Shown here one piece after another: positions 24,375 to 33,372 of a stretch of 62,627 nt of DNA. Source of the DNA: a virus. Taxonomy: Duplodnaviria > Caudoviricetes. Each line of letters opens with the position of its first letter. The first letter of the stretch is position 1. A model generated the notes under the pieces. That model saw only the letters and a list, made by a program, of their open reading frames with translations, did no database searches and was not told the DNA's origin. The stretch lies in IMG/VR virus record IMGVR_UViG_3300030620_000006, positions 1 to 62,627 of that record, one strand, 5' to 3'. The translations under genes were made by a program, and so were the position numbers.

Positions 24375-24608
24375 ATGACCCCCGGCCAACTCGCCCCCGC
24401 CGACCTCGCCCGCTGTGGCCGCGCCCTGACCGGCTCCGACCGTTGGCGCCGCCCGCTCGCCGACATGCTCGGCTGCGACGACCGCCTGGTGCGGCGGTGG
24501 GCCAGCGGCGAGGCCCCGGTGCAGTCGTGGGCCGAGAAGCGCCTCCGCGAGCTGGTCGCCGCACGGCAGCGCGACCTAGCTGCGCTCGCGGAGGCACTGG
24601 ACGCCTAG
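24375..24608 (+). CDS. Small HTH regulator
   Basis: WRRPLADMLGCDDRLVRRWASGEAPV. Confidence 0.75.
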   Translation: MTPGQLAPADLARCGRALTGSDRWRRPLADMLGCDDRLVRRWASGEAPVQSWAEKRLRELVAARQRDLAALAEALDA

Positions 24609-24838
24609 CCCCCGGGGTCGATCTCTGGCCCGGAGTCCCCCTCCTCTCCCCCGGCGTTGCTCTGCTCCGGCGGAGCGGCAGGCGGCGGACCGAGCACTGC
24701 CCCGACCATCGCCTCCACCCACCCCCGCACCACCTCCACCCAGGACCGCTCCATCCGATCCTGCTCGAGCGGCGCCGCGACCGCCGGCACCGCACCGATC
24801 AGCACGACTGCGACCACCAGGCAGATGAGCTTGCGCAT
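24605..24838 (-). CDS. Small secreted peptide precursor
   Basis: Sec signal MRKLICLVVAVVLIGAVPAVA, an amphipathic Trp helix and a polar tail ending GDSGPEIDPGG. Confidence 0.75.
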   Translation of the reverse strand: MRKLICLVVAVVLIGAVPAVAAPLEQDRMERSWVEVVRGWVEAMVGAVLGPPPAAPPEQSNAGGEEGDSGPEIDPGG

Positions 24839-25001
24839 GTGCTCCCCCTTCCGAGCTGACGGGACGGCCGAGATTGGCCGGGCGTCGGCCCCCTTCGCGT
24901 CGGAGTGTATCGGCTTATAGAAACCGGCGCATGGGGTTGCGGGGCGAAGCCGGGGGGAGTAGGCTCGGCGAATCCTGCGGTGACCCCAGAGGAGCGCGGC
25001 G

Positions 25002-25619
25002 ATGGATAGACTCCGATCCCTGGCGAGTTCGTGGTCGGGCCTCAGCGACTCGGCCCGTGCGCACCTCTGGGGGCGGCTGAGCCCAGAGGAGCAGTCCAGT
25101 CTCCAGGAGTTGCTCGCGAATCCAGCACCGCGCCGGCGCTGGAGTGCTACTCACCGGCTGATCTTCTTGAGCGTGGTCGGCGTTATCGTCCTGCTCGGCG
25201 CCCTCGCCGTCGAGTCGCTGTCGAGGACGAAAGAGCAGCGCGAGGCCCGGGCGGTCAATGCCAGGAAGATGCAGGAGCAGGCGGAGGCGAGGGAGCAGGA
25301 GCAACTCCTCAACCCACAGGTGCGACTCGAACGGGTAACGAGCGACGCCACCTCCGGGACCTACTTGATCCGCCGCGCGAACTACGTGACGATCGAGGGC
25401 GCCGTCGCCAACGCCGGCCCTGGAGCCGTCTCATCCGTCGAGGTCCGCTGCGCCCTGATCCACCGCTCGACCCGGCAGGAGAGCGACGCCGAGCTGAGCT
25501 ACGTGGTGGGCGCCGAGGGCTTGCCGCCGGGCAGCTCGCGCGCCTTCGAAGTGATGCTGAGGCGGCCGGACGAGTCCTGGCAGTACCTGGAGTCCTGCCG
25601 AATTGTGGGCTGGCGCTGA
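25002..25619 (+). CDS. Membrane-anchored protein with an Ig-like (FxLYD-type) domain
   Basis: One TM helix, a coiled coil, then VTIEGAVANAG...VEVRC...LPPGSSRAFEV. Confidence 0.65.
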   Translation: MDRLRSLASSWSGLSDSARAHLWGRLSPEEQSSLQELLANPAPRRRWSATHRLIFLSVVGVIVLLGALAVESLSRTKEQREARAVNARKMQEQAEAREQEQLLNPQVRLERVTSDATSGTYLIRRANYVTIEGAVANAGPGAVSSVEVRCALIHRSTRQESDAELSYVVGAEGLPPGSSRAFEVMLRRPDESWQYLESCRIVGWR

Positions 25620-25801
25620 ATCGGCAGGCACGCCCTCTGCAACGCGCGGGCGCCCGCGTCTCAAGATCTACCTCTCTGAGATCCCCTTCTGGGTGGGGTG
25701 TAGTAGAGAGAGATACCTATCAGCACCGGCTCGCGCGAGCCCCCCTCCGCTGAGGATCTGATCGCCCTCCCGGGTCTCCTGCTGGTAGACTGACTGCCGG
25801 T

Positions 25802-26326
25802 ATGGCTCGCTCGCCCGCAAAGCCCCGACCGGACGCTGCCCCGAAGCGGTCTCCCCGGAAGGCTGGTAAGGGCAAGCCAGACGCCGCACCAACCACCCCG
25901 AAGCGCCGCCCCGTCGGCCGCCCCGCCTCGATCACCCCGCAGCTCGCCGAGGTCATCCTGGATCGCCTCGCCTGCCAGTCTGTCGAGCAGGTGTTCACCG
26001 ACCCGAAGATGCCGGACCGGGCGACCTTCTACAACCACTGCAAGCACTCGCCGGAGTTCTTCGACGCCTCCGCGCGTGCGCGAGCCCTCCGTGCGCTGGT
26101 CGAGCTGGACGAAGCCGAGCGCTCCCTGGCCGACGCCAAGCCCTCGGACATCCCGGTCGTTCGGGAGCGGATGCAGCATGCCCGGTGGAAGGTCAGCCGG
26201 ATGCTGGCCAAGTACTACGGCGAGCGGCTTGCGCTCTCTGCCCCGGACGGCGGCCCCATCCCCGTCGAAATCACCTCCGCCGATGAGGCCCGCGAAGCGC
26301 TGCGCAAGGCCGGGGTCGACTCGTAA
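25802..26326 (+). CDS. terS: Terminase small subunit
   Basis: GRPA...VILDRLA...MPDRATFYNH...ARAR...RWKVSRM..KYYGER; directly upstream of terL. Confidence 0.85.
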   Translation: MARSPAKPRPDAAPKRSPRKAGKGKPDAAPTTPKRRPVGRPASITPQLAEVILDRLACQSVEQVFTDPKMPDRATFYNHCKHSPEFFDASARARALRALVELDEAERSLADAKPSDIPVVRERMQHARWKVSRMLAKYYGERLALSAPDGGPIPVEITSADEAREALRKAGVDS

Positions 26327-26345
26327 CTGAACCGGTGCCAGTTCA

Positions 26346-27941
26346 GTGAACGACCCCGCCGCCGAGATCCTCCGTCGCGGCCAGCGCCTCACCCGCCTCG
26401 CCAACCACAGCGGAAAGCCCCGCCCCACGGCTGAGCGCGCCGCCAACTTCGCCGCCGAGCGCTCGCTCTGCCACGCTGACATCCATCACTGGCTCGACGA
26501 GTGGGGGTGGATCCAGGACCCCAAGGCGCAAGACTCCGCCGAGCGGGTGATTCCCTTCCGCGCGTGGCCCCGGCAGGTCGAGTACGTCGACTGGCTGCTC
26601 GATGGCGCCGAGCGGGGGGCGCCGCGGGTGCTCAACAAGAGTCGGGAGGTGGGGGCGACGTGGGTTGCGCTGATGGTCCTCTACTGGCTGTGGCTGACGT
26701 CGGACCACTTCTATGCCCACCTCGCCAGCCGCAAGGAGCCGGCGGTCGACGACCTCGGGCCGAAGAGCCTGTTCGGCAAGTTGGCCTTCATCGCCCGGAC
26801 CCAGCCGAGCTTCCTCCGCCCTGCGAAGTTCAGCCTCGATAAGAACAGGAAGAAGCTCCACCTCGAGAACCCTGCCAACGGGTCGCTGATCACTGGCGAG
26901 GGGCTTTCCCACGGCTTCAGCCGCGGCGACCGCGTCGGCGTCCTGCTCACCGATGAATGGGCGCACGTCCCGCACCATCTCCAGCAGCAGATCCGCCTCG
27001 GCATCGAGAGCGTGGCGCGCAGCTGGTGGGCGATCTCGACACCCAACGGGCGCGGCGATGACTTCCACAGCCGGTGGAGGCTGGCGGCCGAAGCCGACCG
27101 CTTCGAGATCGGCTGGGAGGACGACCCCCGCAAGAGCCGGGGCTGGTACGACGCCCTGCTGGTCTCGGCCGGCGGGCAGCTCACCGAAGACGAGCGCGCG
27201 CAAGAGCACGGGCGCAGCTTTGTCGGCGTCAGCGGCGAGCGGGTGTGGCGGGCCGCGCGGGCGGCGGTGACGTACCGCGAGCGTCCCCCGCACTTCGACC
27301 ACCTGCCGATCCTTGGTGCCATGGACTTCGGCAGCGGCCCCTCGCTCACCGTACTCGCCCTCGCCCGTATCGAGTGGGCGGAGGGCTCACCGATCATCTG
27401 GCTCGAGCGGGTGCGGACCTGGCAGCGGTGGGCGGCTGCGGAGGTGGGGGCCGAGATCGTTGCCATGCTCCCGCCGGGCACCATGGCGCACATCGTCGGC
27501 GACCCGTCGGGTATCGCCGCCGACAGCTCGCAGTCAAGCTGGGAGAAGGGGCTGCGCGGGGCCGGCGTTCCGTTCCGCTGCCTGCCCGCTGACTACAACA
27601 CCCGCACCGGGATCGACGACTCGCTACGCGACGTGCAGCGCCAGCTCGACGGCGGGGGGCTGCGCATCCACGCCGAGGATGCATCGCTTGCGCTCGACAC
27701 GATCGAGAGTTGGCAGTACGACATCCCCGAGGGCATGCCGCTCGACCTGGTCAACCGCAAGGAGATCTCTCCGCGCAAAGATGCATGGTCGCACGTCGGC
27801 GACGCGCTGAGGTATCTGGTATCATGCGTCCTGCGTCAGGGACTCCCGAGCGAGGACAGCGAGGTGGAGGCGGGGTTCGAGGCGGCGCCGATGACGGAGG
27901 TGGGAGCAATCTTGGACATGTACCGGCGGGCGGGTCTGTGA
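26346..27941 (+). CDS. terL: Terminase large subunit
   Basis: KSREVGATW Walker A, LTDEWA, ISTPNG, AMDFG and SHVGDALRY. Confidence 0.92.
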   Translation: MNDPAAEILRRGQRLTRLANHSGKPRPTAERAANFAAERSLCHADIHHWLDEWGWIQDPKAQDSAERVIPFRAWPRQVEYVDWLLDGAERGAPRVLNKSREVGATWVALMVLYWLWLTSDHFYAHLASRKEPAVDDLGPKSLFGKLAFIARTQPSFLRPAKFSLDKNRKKLHLENPANGSLITGEGLSHGFSRGDRVGVLLTDEWAHVPHHLQQQIRLGIESVARSWWAISTPNGRGDDFHSRWRLAAEADRFEIGWEDDPRKSRGWYDALLVSAGGQLTEDERAQEHGRSFVGVSGERVWRAARAAVTYRERPPHFDHLPILGAMDFGSGPSLTVLALARIEWAEGSPIIWLERVRTWQRWAAAEVGAEIVAMLPPGTMAHIVGDPSGIAADSSQSSWEKGLRGAGVPFRCLPADYNTRTGIDDSLRDVQRQLDGGGLRIHAEDASLALDTIESWQYDIPEGMPLDLVNRKEISPRKDAWSHVGDALRYLVSCVLRQGLPSEDSEVEAGFEAAPMTEVGAILDMYRRAGL

Positions 27942-28123
27942 GCGAGCGGGGCACGCTGGTTTGCCCGCGGTGCGGGGCTGTCGAGAGCTTCGCCGAGGAT
28001 CGGTTCTACTGGGCGCACTGCCCGCGGTGCGGAGCTGACCTGCCGAAACAGACTGCGCGCGACCTCGGCCCCTCCGCCCGCTCCGATGATCCCCTGAGGG
28101 CTGAGCCGAGCAAGGAGGCGTGA
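27938..28123 (+). CDS. Small zinc-ribbon protein
   Basis: Two CPRCGA motifs; GTGA coupling. Confidence 0.5.
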   Translation: MSERGTLVCPRCGAVESFAEDRFYWAHCPRCGADLPKQTARDLGPSARSDDPLRAEPSKEA

Positions 28124-28218
28124 TGTCCATGATGGTTCTCCCCCTCCCGATACCCGAGATGCCGCTGCCCAAAGATCCTCCCAAAGAGCCGCCGCCGCGT
28201 TGGCCGAAAGACTAGCCC

Positions 28219-30021
28219 ATGCCTGTCCCCGCCACCCTCTCCAAGCGCATCGGGCCGGTTGACCCTTCGCCGATTACCTCCGCCGGCGCTCCCGGCGTCT
28301 ACGTCCATCCCCGCATCGACGAGGTGTTGCTCTACCTCACCAACTACGGCGACGAGCGCGAGTACGAGGCCATGATGCGCCTCGATACCGCGATCTCTGG
28401 CGCCGCGCAGCAGCGCATCAGCGGTGTGGTCGAAGCGGGGTCGGAGGTGCTGCCGGGCAAGAGCGGCAAGCGGGCAGCGCGTCTGCTGCGAGACTTCGCC
28501 ATCAGCTATCTCAAGCGCATTCCGGCGCTCGGCACGCTGGCCGAGGAGATGCAGGCGGCGATCTACTACGGCTGGCGGCCGGTCGAGCTGCAGTGGGGCG
28601 AGATTCGCCACAAGTCCCGCCCCTACGTCGGCGTGGTGCGTGCTGTCGCCCGCAACCCCTGGGACTACGAGGTGACGATCGACGGTCAGGTGGTGCGCAT
28701 GGGCTGGGGGCGGGAGGGTGGGCTTCAGCCACCGGGGCGGTTCCTGGTCTGCACCTCGGGCTCGACCGGCAACCCCTACGGCAACGCCTGGCTGCGGCGG
28801 GTGTGGGCGCTCTACCACCTGAGCAGTAACTTCGACAAGCTGGCGGCCGTCAGCTTCAGCCGCGCGCTCGGCCTGCTCAAGGCGGTGATCCCGACGGGCA
28901 AGGACGCCGGCGCCATCGCCACCGGGCTGGCTCAGGTGCGCGACCGGATCAACTCCTACAACATCATCGTCGAGCCTGAGGGGTGGGCGCTGGAGTTCGA
29001 GCAGTTCGGCAAGATGCCTGAGAACCTGGAGGCCTTGCTGCGCTTCTTGGACGAACGCAAGCGCATCGCCCTGGTCGGCCAGAACCTGAGCACGGAGGTG
29101 CGGGGCGGCAGCTTCGCTGCGGCCCGCGCCCACATGGACGTGCTCAACACCTACCAGCGGGCGGATGCCCGGCGGCTCGGCCAGTGGATGAACGACGGCC
29201 TGATCGCGATGGGGGTCGGCGCCAACTACGGCGAGGTGGACCCGGACGATGCGCCGCGCTGGCAGAGCCGCCTGCTCAGCCGCCCCGACGCCGAGGATGT
29301 CAAGCTGTTCTTCGATCTGGGCGGGCCGATCGACGGCAACAGGTTGGCCGAGACGCTGAACGTCCCGGCGGCGCTGCCGGAGGATGGCGAGCCGGTGGTG
29401 CTGCAGAAGGTGGCCAGTCCGCCGGCGGCGCCGAAGCCGAGCGACGTGCCGGCGCGGGCGGCTACCCGCGCCCTCACGTTCGATTTGCTCGACGCCGCAA
29501 TGGTACCCGCCGAGCTGCGCGAGCTCGATCAGTGGGTGTGCTGGCGGTATGAGGACCGCGGCGCGCAGAGGCCGGCGAAGATCCACTATGCAGCCAGGGG
29601 CGGAGCCGCATCTGCCTCTGACCCGGCGACCTGGGCCAGCCTTGCCGCTGCCCGGGCGGGGGTTGTGTCCGGTGGCTTCGACGGTGTCGCCTTCGCCCTC
29701 TCCGACGGCGATCCCTACTGCGGCGTCGATCTCGACGACTGCCTCGATGAGTCCGACGCCTTCACCTCCGCCCGTGCCGAGGACATCGTCCGCCGCCTCG
29801 CCACCTACACCGAGATCAGCCCGTCGGGCCGCGGAGTCAAGGCGTGGTGCCGGGCTGAGCTACCGCCTGGTCGCCGACGCACCGACGGGGTGGAGATGTA
29901 CGACCAGCGACGCTTCTTCACCGTCACAGGCCGGCGGCTGGCTGGTGCACCTTCGACGATCCGCGACTGCCAGGCTGAGGTCGAGGCGGTCCACGCCGAG
30001 GTCTTCGGCGGACTTGGCTGA
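28219..30021 (+). CDS. Portal protein (DUF935/Mu gp29-like) fused to a C-terminal NrS-1-like prim-pol domain
   Basis: AIYYGWRPVELQW, NPYGNAWLR and ALVGQNLSTE portal motifs, then QWVCWR, DPATW, GVDLDDC, YTEISPSGRG and EMYDQRRFFTVTG in frame. Confidence 0.85.
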   Translation: MPVPATLSKRIGPVDPSPITSAGAPGVYVHPRIDEVLLYLTNYGDEREYEAMMRLDTAISGAAQQRISGVVEAGSEVLPGKSGKRAARLLRDFAISYLKRIPALGTLAEEMQAAIYYGWRPVELQWGEIRHKSRPYVGVVRAVARNPWDYEVTIDGQVVRMGWGREGGLQPPGRFLVCTSGSTGNPYGNAWLRRVWALYHLSSNFDKLAAVSFSRALGLLKAVIPTGKDAGAIATGLAQVRDRINSYNIIVEPEGWALEFEQFGKMPENLEALLRFLDERKRIALVGQNLSTEVRGGSFAAARAHMDVLNTYQRADARRLGQWMNDGLIAMGVGANYGEVDPDDAPRWQSRLLSRPDAEDVKLFFDLGGPIDGNRLAETLNVPAALPEDGEPVVLQKVASPPAAPKPSDVPARAATRALTFDLLDAAMVPAELRELDQWVCWRYEDRGAQRPAKIHYAARGGAASASDPATWASLAAARAGVVSGGFDGVAFALSDGDPYCGVDLDDCLDESDAFTSARAEDIVRRLATYTEISPSGRGVKAWCRAELPPGRRRTDGVEMYDQRRFFTVTGRRLAGAPSTIRDCQAEVEAVHAEVFGGLG

Positions 30022-30743
30022 TGCGCCTCGCCGCGGTCGTCTTCGCCAACTCCAACGGCCGCAGCGACTACCCCCGCCTCGCCCGCGCGCTCGAGCGGTC
30101 GGTTGCCGCCAACTCGCCGCGCACCCCGATCACGATTCACCGCCCGCGCGCCCAGCACGCCCGCCTCGAGGCGCTGCACGGCGACCCGCGCGATGGCCGG
30201 CGCAAGGGGCTGATCGACAACACGCAGAAGATGGTCGCCTGGAACGCCGTCATCCAATCGGCCCGCCCCGGCGAGGTAGTCGGCCTGCTCGACTGCGACA
30301 CGCTGGTGCTCGGCGACCTGCGCGCCGTGCTCGACCTCGACTTCCGGGTGACCTACACGGTGCGCCCGCCGCACGCGCGCTTCCCCTTCAACAGCGGGGT
30401 CGTCTTCGCCCGCATCGGCAAGGCGGTCAAGCGCTTCTTCGCCGAGTGGGAGGCCAAGAACCTGAGCCTGCTCGCCGACCGCGACGCCCACCGCCCATTC
30501 CGCTACAGGTACGGCGGCATCAACCAGGCGGCGCTGGGTGCGATGATCGAGGCGCGCCCCGACCTCGTGACGCCGATACCGTGCGAGGTGTGGAACTGCG
30601 AAGATTCGAGCTGGCCGGCGTTTGGGTCGGCGACGAAGGTGCTGCACATCAAAGGCCGGCTGCGGGAGGCGTGCCTGGGGCGGCGCGAGCCGATGGAGGA
30701 GATCAGGGCGATGGTCGAGACCTGGAGGCTCTATGGACGATAA
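30021..30743 (+). CDS. GT-A fold glycosyltransferase
   Basis: LLDCDTLV DxD motif, FNSGVVF, NQAAL, WN and LHIKG. Confidence 0.8.
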   Translation: MRLAAVVFANSNGRSDYPRLARALERSVAANSPRTPITIHRPRAQHARLEALHGDPRDGRRKGLIDNTQKMVAWNAVIQSARPGEVVGLLDCDTLVLGDLRAVLDLDFRVTYTVRPPHARFPFNSGVVFARIGKAVKRFFAEWEAKNLSLLADRDAHRPFRYRYGGINQAALGAMIEARPDLVTPIPCEVWNCEDSSWPAFGSATKVLHIKGRLREACLGRREPMEEIRAMVETWRLYGR

Positions 30744-31299
30744 GCGCAAGCGCTGGGATGCTGTCCTCGACCGCATCCCCACCGACCGGCCGACCGTCGG
30801 CGTCGAGGTAGGGGTGTGGCGCGGCATCCTCAGCCGGGTACTGCTCGCCGAGCGGCCGGCGCTTACGCTCTACTTGGTTGATCCGTGGCGGGCCGGCGAG
30901 CCCGGTACGCCGTGGTATGAGTCCGGCTCGGTCTGCCCGATGCGCAATCAGCGGCAGTTTGACGAGGCCTACAAGCGCACGCTGCGGGTGACCAAGCCGT
31001 TCGCCGATCGTCGGCGCATCCGCCGGGCACCGTCGGTCGAGGTGGCGGGGGCGGTCATGCGGAACTCTGATCCGGGGGCGGCTCGCTTCGACTTCGTCTT
31101 CATCGACGGCGACCACGGCTTCGACGGGTGCCGAGCGGACATCCTCGCCTGGCAGGGCTTGGTCCGCCCCGGCGGGTGGATCGGCGGCCACGACTGGGAG
31201 AAGCCGGAGCGGGGGCGGGTGACTGAGGCGGTGCTGTCGGTCTACCCGCGCGAGCAGGTGGAACTGGACGCCGAGTCAACCTGGTTCGTGCGAGCCTAG
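30733..31299 (+). CDS. Class I SAM methyltransferase (Methyltransf_24-like)
   Basis: GVEVGVWRG, LYLVDPW, FDFVFIDGDH and VRPGGWIGGHD. Confidence 0.88.
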   Translation: MDDKRKRWDAVLDRIPTDRPTVGVEVGVWRGILSRVLLAERPALTLYLVDPWRAGEPGTPWYESGSVCPMRNQRQFDEAYKRTLRVTKPFADRRRIRRAPSVEVAGAVMRNSDPGAARFDFVFIDGDHGFDGCRADILAWQGLVRPGGWIGGHDWEKPERGRVTEAVLSVYPREQVELDAESTWFVRA

Positions 31300-31484
31300 T
31301 CGCCCTCGTCTCCGCCCTGGCTCTCGCCTTCGAGCCTGGCTACCTCGCTGATCGGTACGCGCCAGGGTCCATGTTCCCGCACCTTCACTCCTCTGACTGT
31401 TCCTTCTCGGAGTCCGCGGCGCAGCGTATCGGCGTGCACTCCGATCTTAGCGGCAGCCTCTTTCACGGCCAGCGTCTTACTCAT
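31296..31484 (-). CDS. Excisionase-like HTH_17 protein
   Basis: LAVKEAAAKIGVHADTLRRGLREG...WRVPISEV. Confidence 0.8.
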   Translation of the reverse strand: MSKTLAVKEAAAKIGVHADTLRRGLREGTVRGVKVREHGPWRVPISEVARLEGESQGGDEGD

Positions 31485-31566
31485 AGGTCAGCGAGTTTAG
31501 CGCTGTTTCAGCGCGCCTGACGCATCACAAGGGATTTATGTTCATTGGGCGTGCTATGTCTAGCCC

Positions 31567-32955
31567 GTGCTGAAGCCCGTCCAGGTTCCCGCCACCGCCG
31601 ACCGCTACGGCTGGGAACGACTCCGCGCCTACCTCGTGGCGCGCGAGATGGAGACCCAGGGTGTCCCGCCGCACCTCGCCGCCGAGCAGGCCGACGCCCA
31701 GCTCGACAACGCGTGGCGGGTGAAGTTCCCAGGCGAGGACTTCCCGCTCGACCTCATGGCGCCGACCGCCTCGGCCGAGGGCCTCCCCGGTGGGATCAAA
31801 GCCGGCGAGGCGCTGACGTGGGCGATCGTCGCAGCGCCCACGCCCGACGGCGAGTACCTGACCGCCGCCGTAATCGCCGAGCTGGTGTCTACCTACGACC
31901 CCGACTTCCGGCGCGCCCCCATCGTGTTGCCGAACGGGTCGGGGCCGGTGCACACCGTCGGTCGCTGGGCGCCGTTTGTGCCGGGGTCGGTGCGCGCACT
32001 TGCGCACGACGGCCACCACCTGTGGGCGCTGATCGAGGACCACGGCATGGTCGGCTTCTCGGTTGACTTCGCCGGCATCCGCGAGCGGTCGATCGCATGG
32101 CGCAACCCCCTTCGCGACCTCGACCCGCCGGCTGCGTACCTCGAGCACGTCGCCCTGGTCTCGGCCGAGATGCCGGGTGTCCCCAACATGCCCAGCCTCG
32201 ACCAGTACTTCCTCGGCGAGCGTGACGGCGACGCGAAGTCGCTGACCATGACCGCCACACTCAAGGACTTCCCGACCCGGGAGGAAACTCAGATGGCAGA
32301 GAAGGACAAGGCCGCCGTGGCCGCCGACCCGAAGGACGGGGAGGAAGCCGAGGTGGACACCACCGATCTGGGGCTCGACGTTGCGGCTCTTGCCGCCGCG
32401 CTGGCGCCGGAGGTGGCGAAGCTGCTGACCGCCAAGCCCGAGCCGAAGGCAGCCGAGCCGTCGGACTACGCCGCCGCGCTCACCGCGGCCGTGGCCCCGC
32501 TCGCCGCCAAGGTCGAGGCACTGACCGGCGAGATCACCACCATGAAGACCGCCTCGGCGACCTCGGCCGCCGAGACCCGCAAGCAGCGCGTCGCCGACGT
32601 GCTCGACCGCGCCGTCAGCGAGGGTCGGCTCACCGCGGCCCATCGCGAGCTGGAAGAGACCGCGCTGACCGACGCCCGCTACACCGACGCAGAGGTGACC
32701 GAGCGGCTGGCGAAGGTCTCCGCCCTCCCCGTCACCATGAGCTCGCAGCTCACCGCGGCGATCGAGTATGTCGATGGCGACAAGCGGATGACCGTGCCGC
32801 CCCACCTGCTGCCGCCTCCGAGGTACAGCGCGGACGGCGCGGACCTCGAGCGGACTGCCCGGGCGCTCTCTCGGGTGCCCGACACGATCACCGACCCGGC
32901 TCAGCGGTACGAGGCCAAGCGGGCCTCAATCTACCGCGAGTTTGGGTCCAACTAG
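31567..32955 (+). CDS. Mu-like prohead protease/scaffold
   Basis: YDPDFRRAPIV, RERSI and YLEHVALVSAEMPGVPNM, then an Ala-rich helical scaffold; positioned before the capsid gene. Confidence 0.8.
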   Translation: MLKPVQVPATADRYGWERLRAYLVAREMETQGVPPHLAAEQADAQLDNAWRVKFPGEDFPLDLMAPTASAEGLPGGIKAGEALTWAIVAAPTPDGEYLTAAVIAELVSTYDPDFRRAPIVLPNGSGPVHTVGRWAPFVPGSVRALAHDGHHLWALIEDHGMVGFSVDFAGIRERSIAWRNPLRDLDPPAAYLEHVALVSAEMPGVPNMPSLDQYFLGERDGDAKSLTMTATLKDFPTREETQMAEKDKAAVAADPKDGEEAEVDTTDLGLDVAALAAALAPEVAKLLTAKPEPKAAEPSDYAAALTAAVAPLAAKVEALTGEITTMKTASATSAAETRKQRVADVLDRAVSEGRLTAAHRELEETALTDARYTDAEVTERLAKVSALPVTMSSQLTAAIEYVDGDKRMTVPPHLLPPPRYSADGADLERTARALSRVPDTITDPAQRYEAKRASIYREFGSN

Positions 32956-32967
32956 GAGGTCGCGGCG

Positions 32968-33363
32968 ATGGCCCAGCAACTCGGCTCCATCTACGAAGAG
33001 GGTCCCTACGGCGTCATCGCCTCGGGCGCCCTCCGCGACGGCCGCGCCGTCAAGCGCACCACCGCGCTCAATACCGTCGAGGAATGCGACGCGGCGGGCG
33101 AGCGCTCCGACGGCATCATGATCGGCGACACGGCCACCACGCTCAGCGGGTCCATGCTCAAGCGCGGCCGCTACGAGCGCGCCGTGGCCGGGGCGGCGAT
33201 CGCCACCCTGCACAACTCCCTCGCCGTGGATAGCGCGGGGCGCTACGTCATCGCGATCGAAGCGGACGTGATCGTCGGGAAGAACCTGACGCTCGCCGCC
33301 GGCGCCGACTCGCTCTTCACCATCGAACTCGACGACGCCGAGCGCGTCGCGCCCAGCACCTAG
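32968..33363 (+). CDS. Capsid decoration/cement protein
   Basis: Size, AGAAIA...LAVDSAGR motif and position between protease and capsid. Confidence 0.7.
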   Translation: MAQQLGSIYEEGPYGVIASGALRDGRAVKRTTALNTVEECDAAGERSDGIMIGDTATTLSGSMLKRGRYERAVAGAAIATLHNSLAVDSAGRYVIAIEADVIVGKNLTLAAGADSLFTIELDDAERVAPST

Positions 33364-33372
33364 GAGGGAGCC

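Noticed and set aside
25620-25801. cos/pac site or late promoter upstream of terS
   Set aside because: The position and lower GC are suggestive, but I could not support a specific motif
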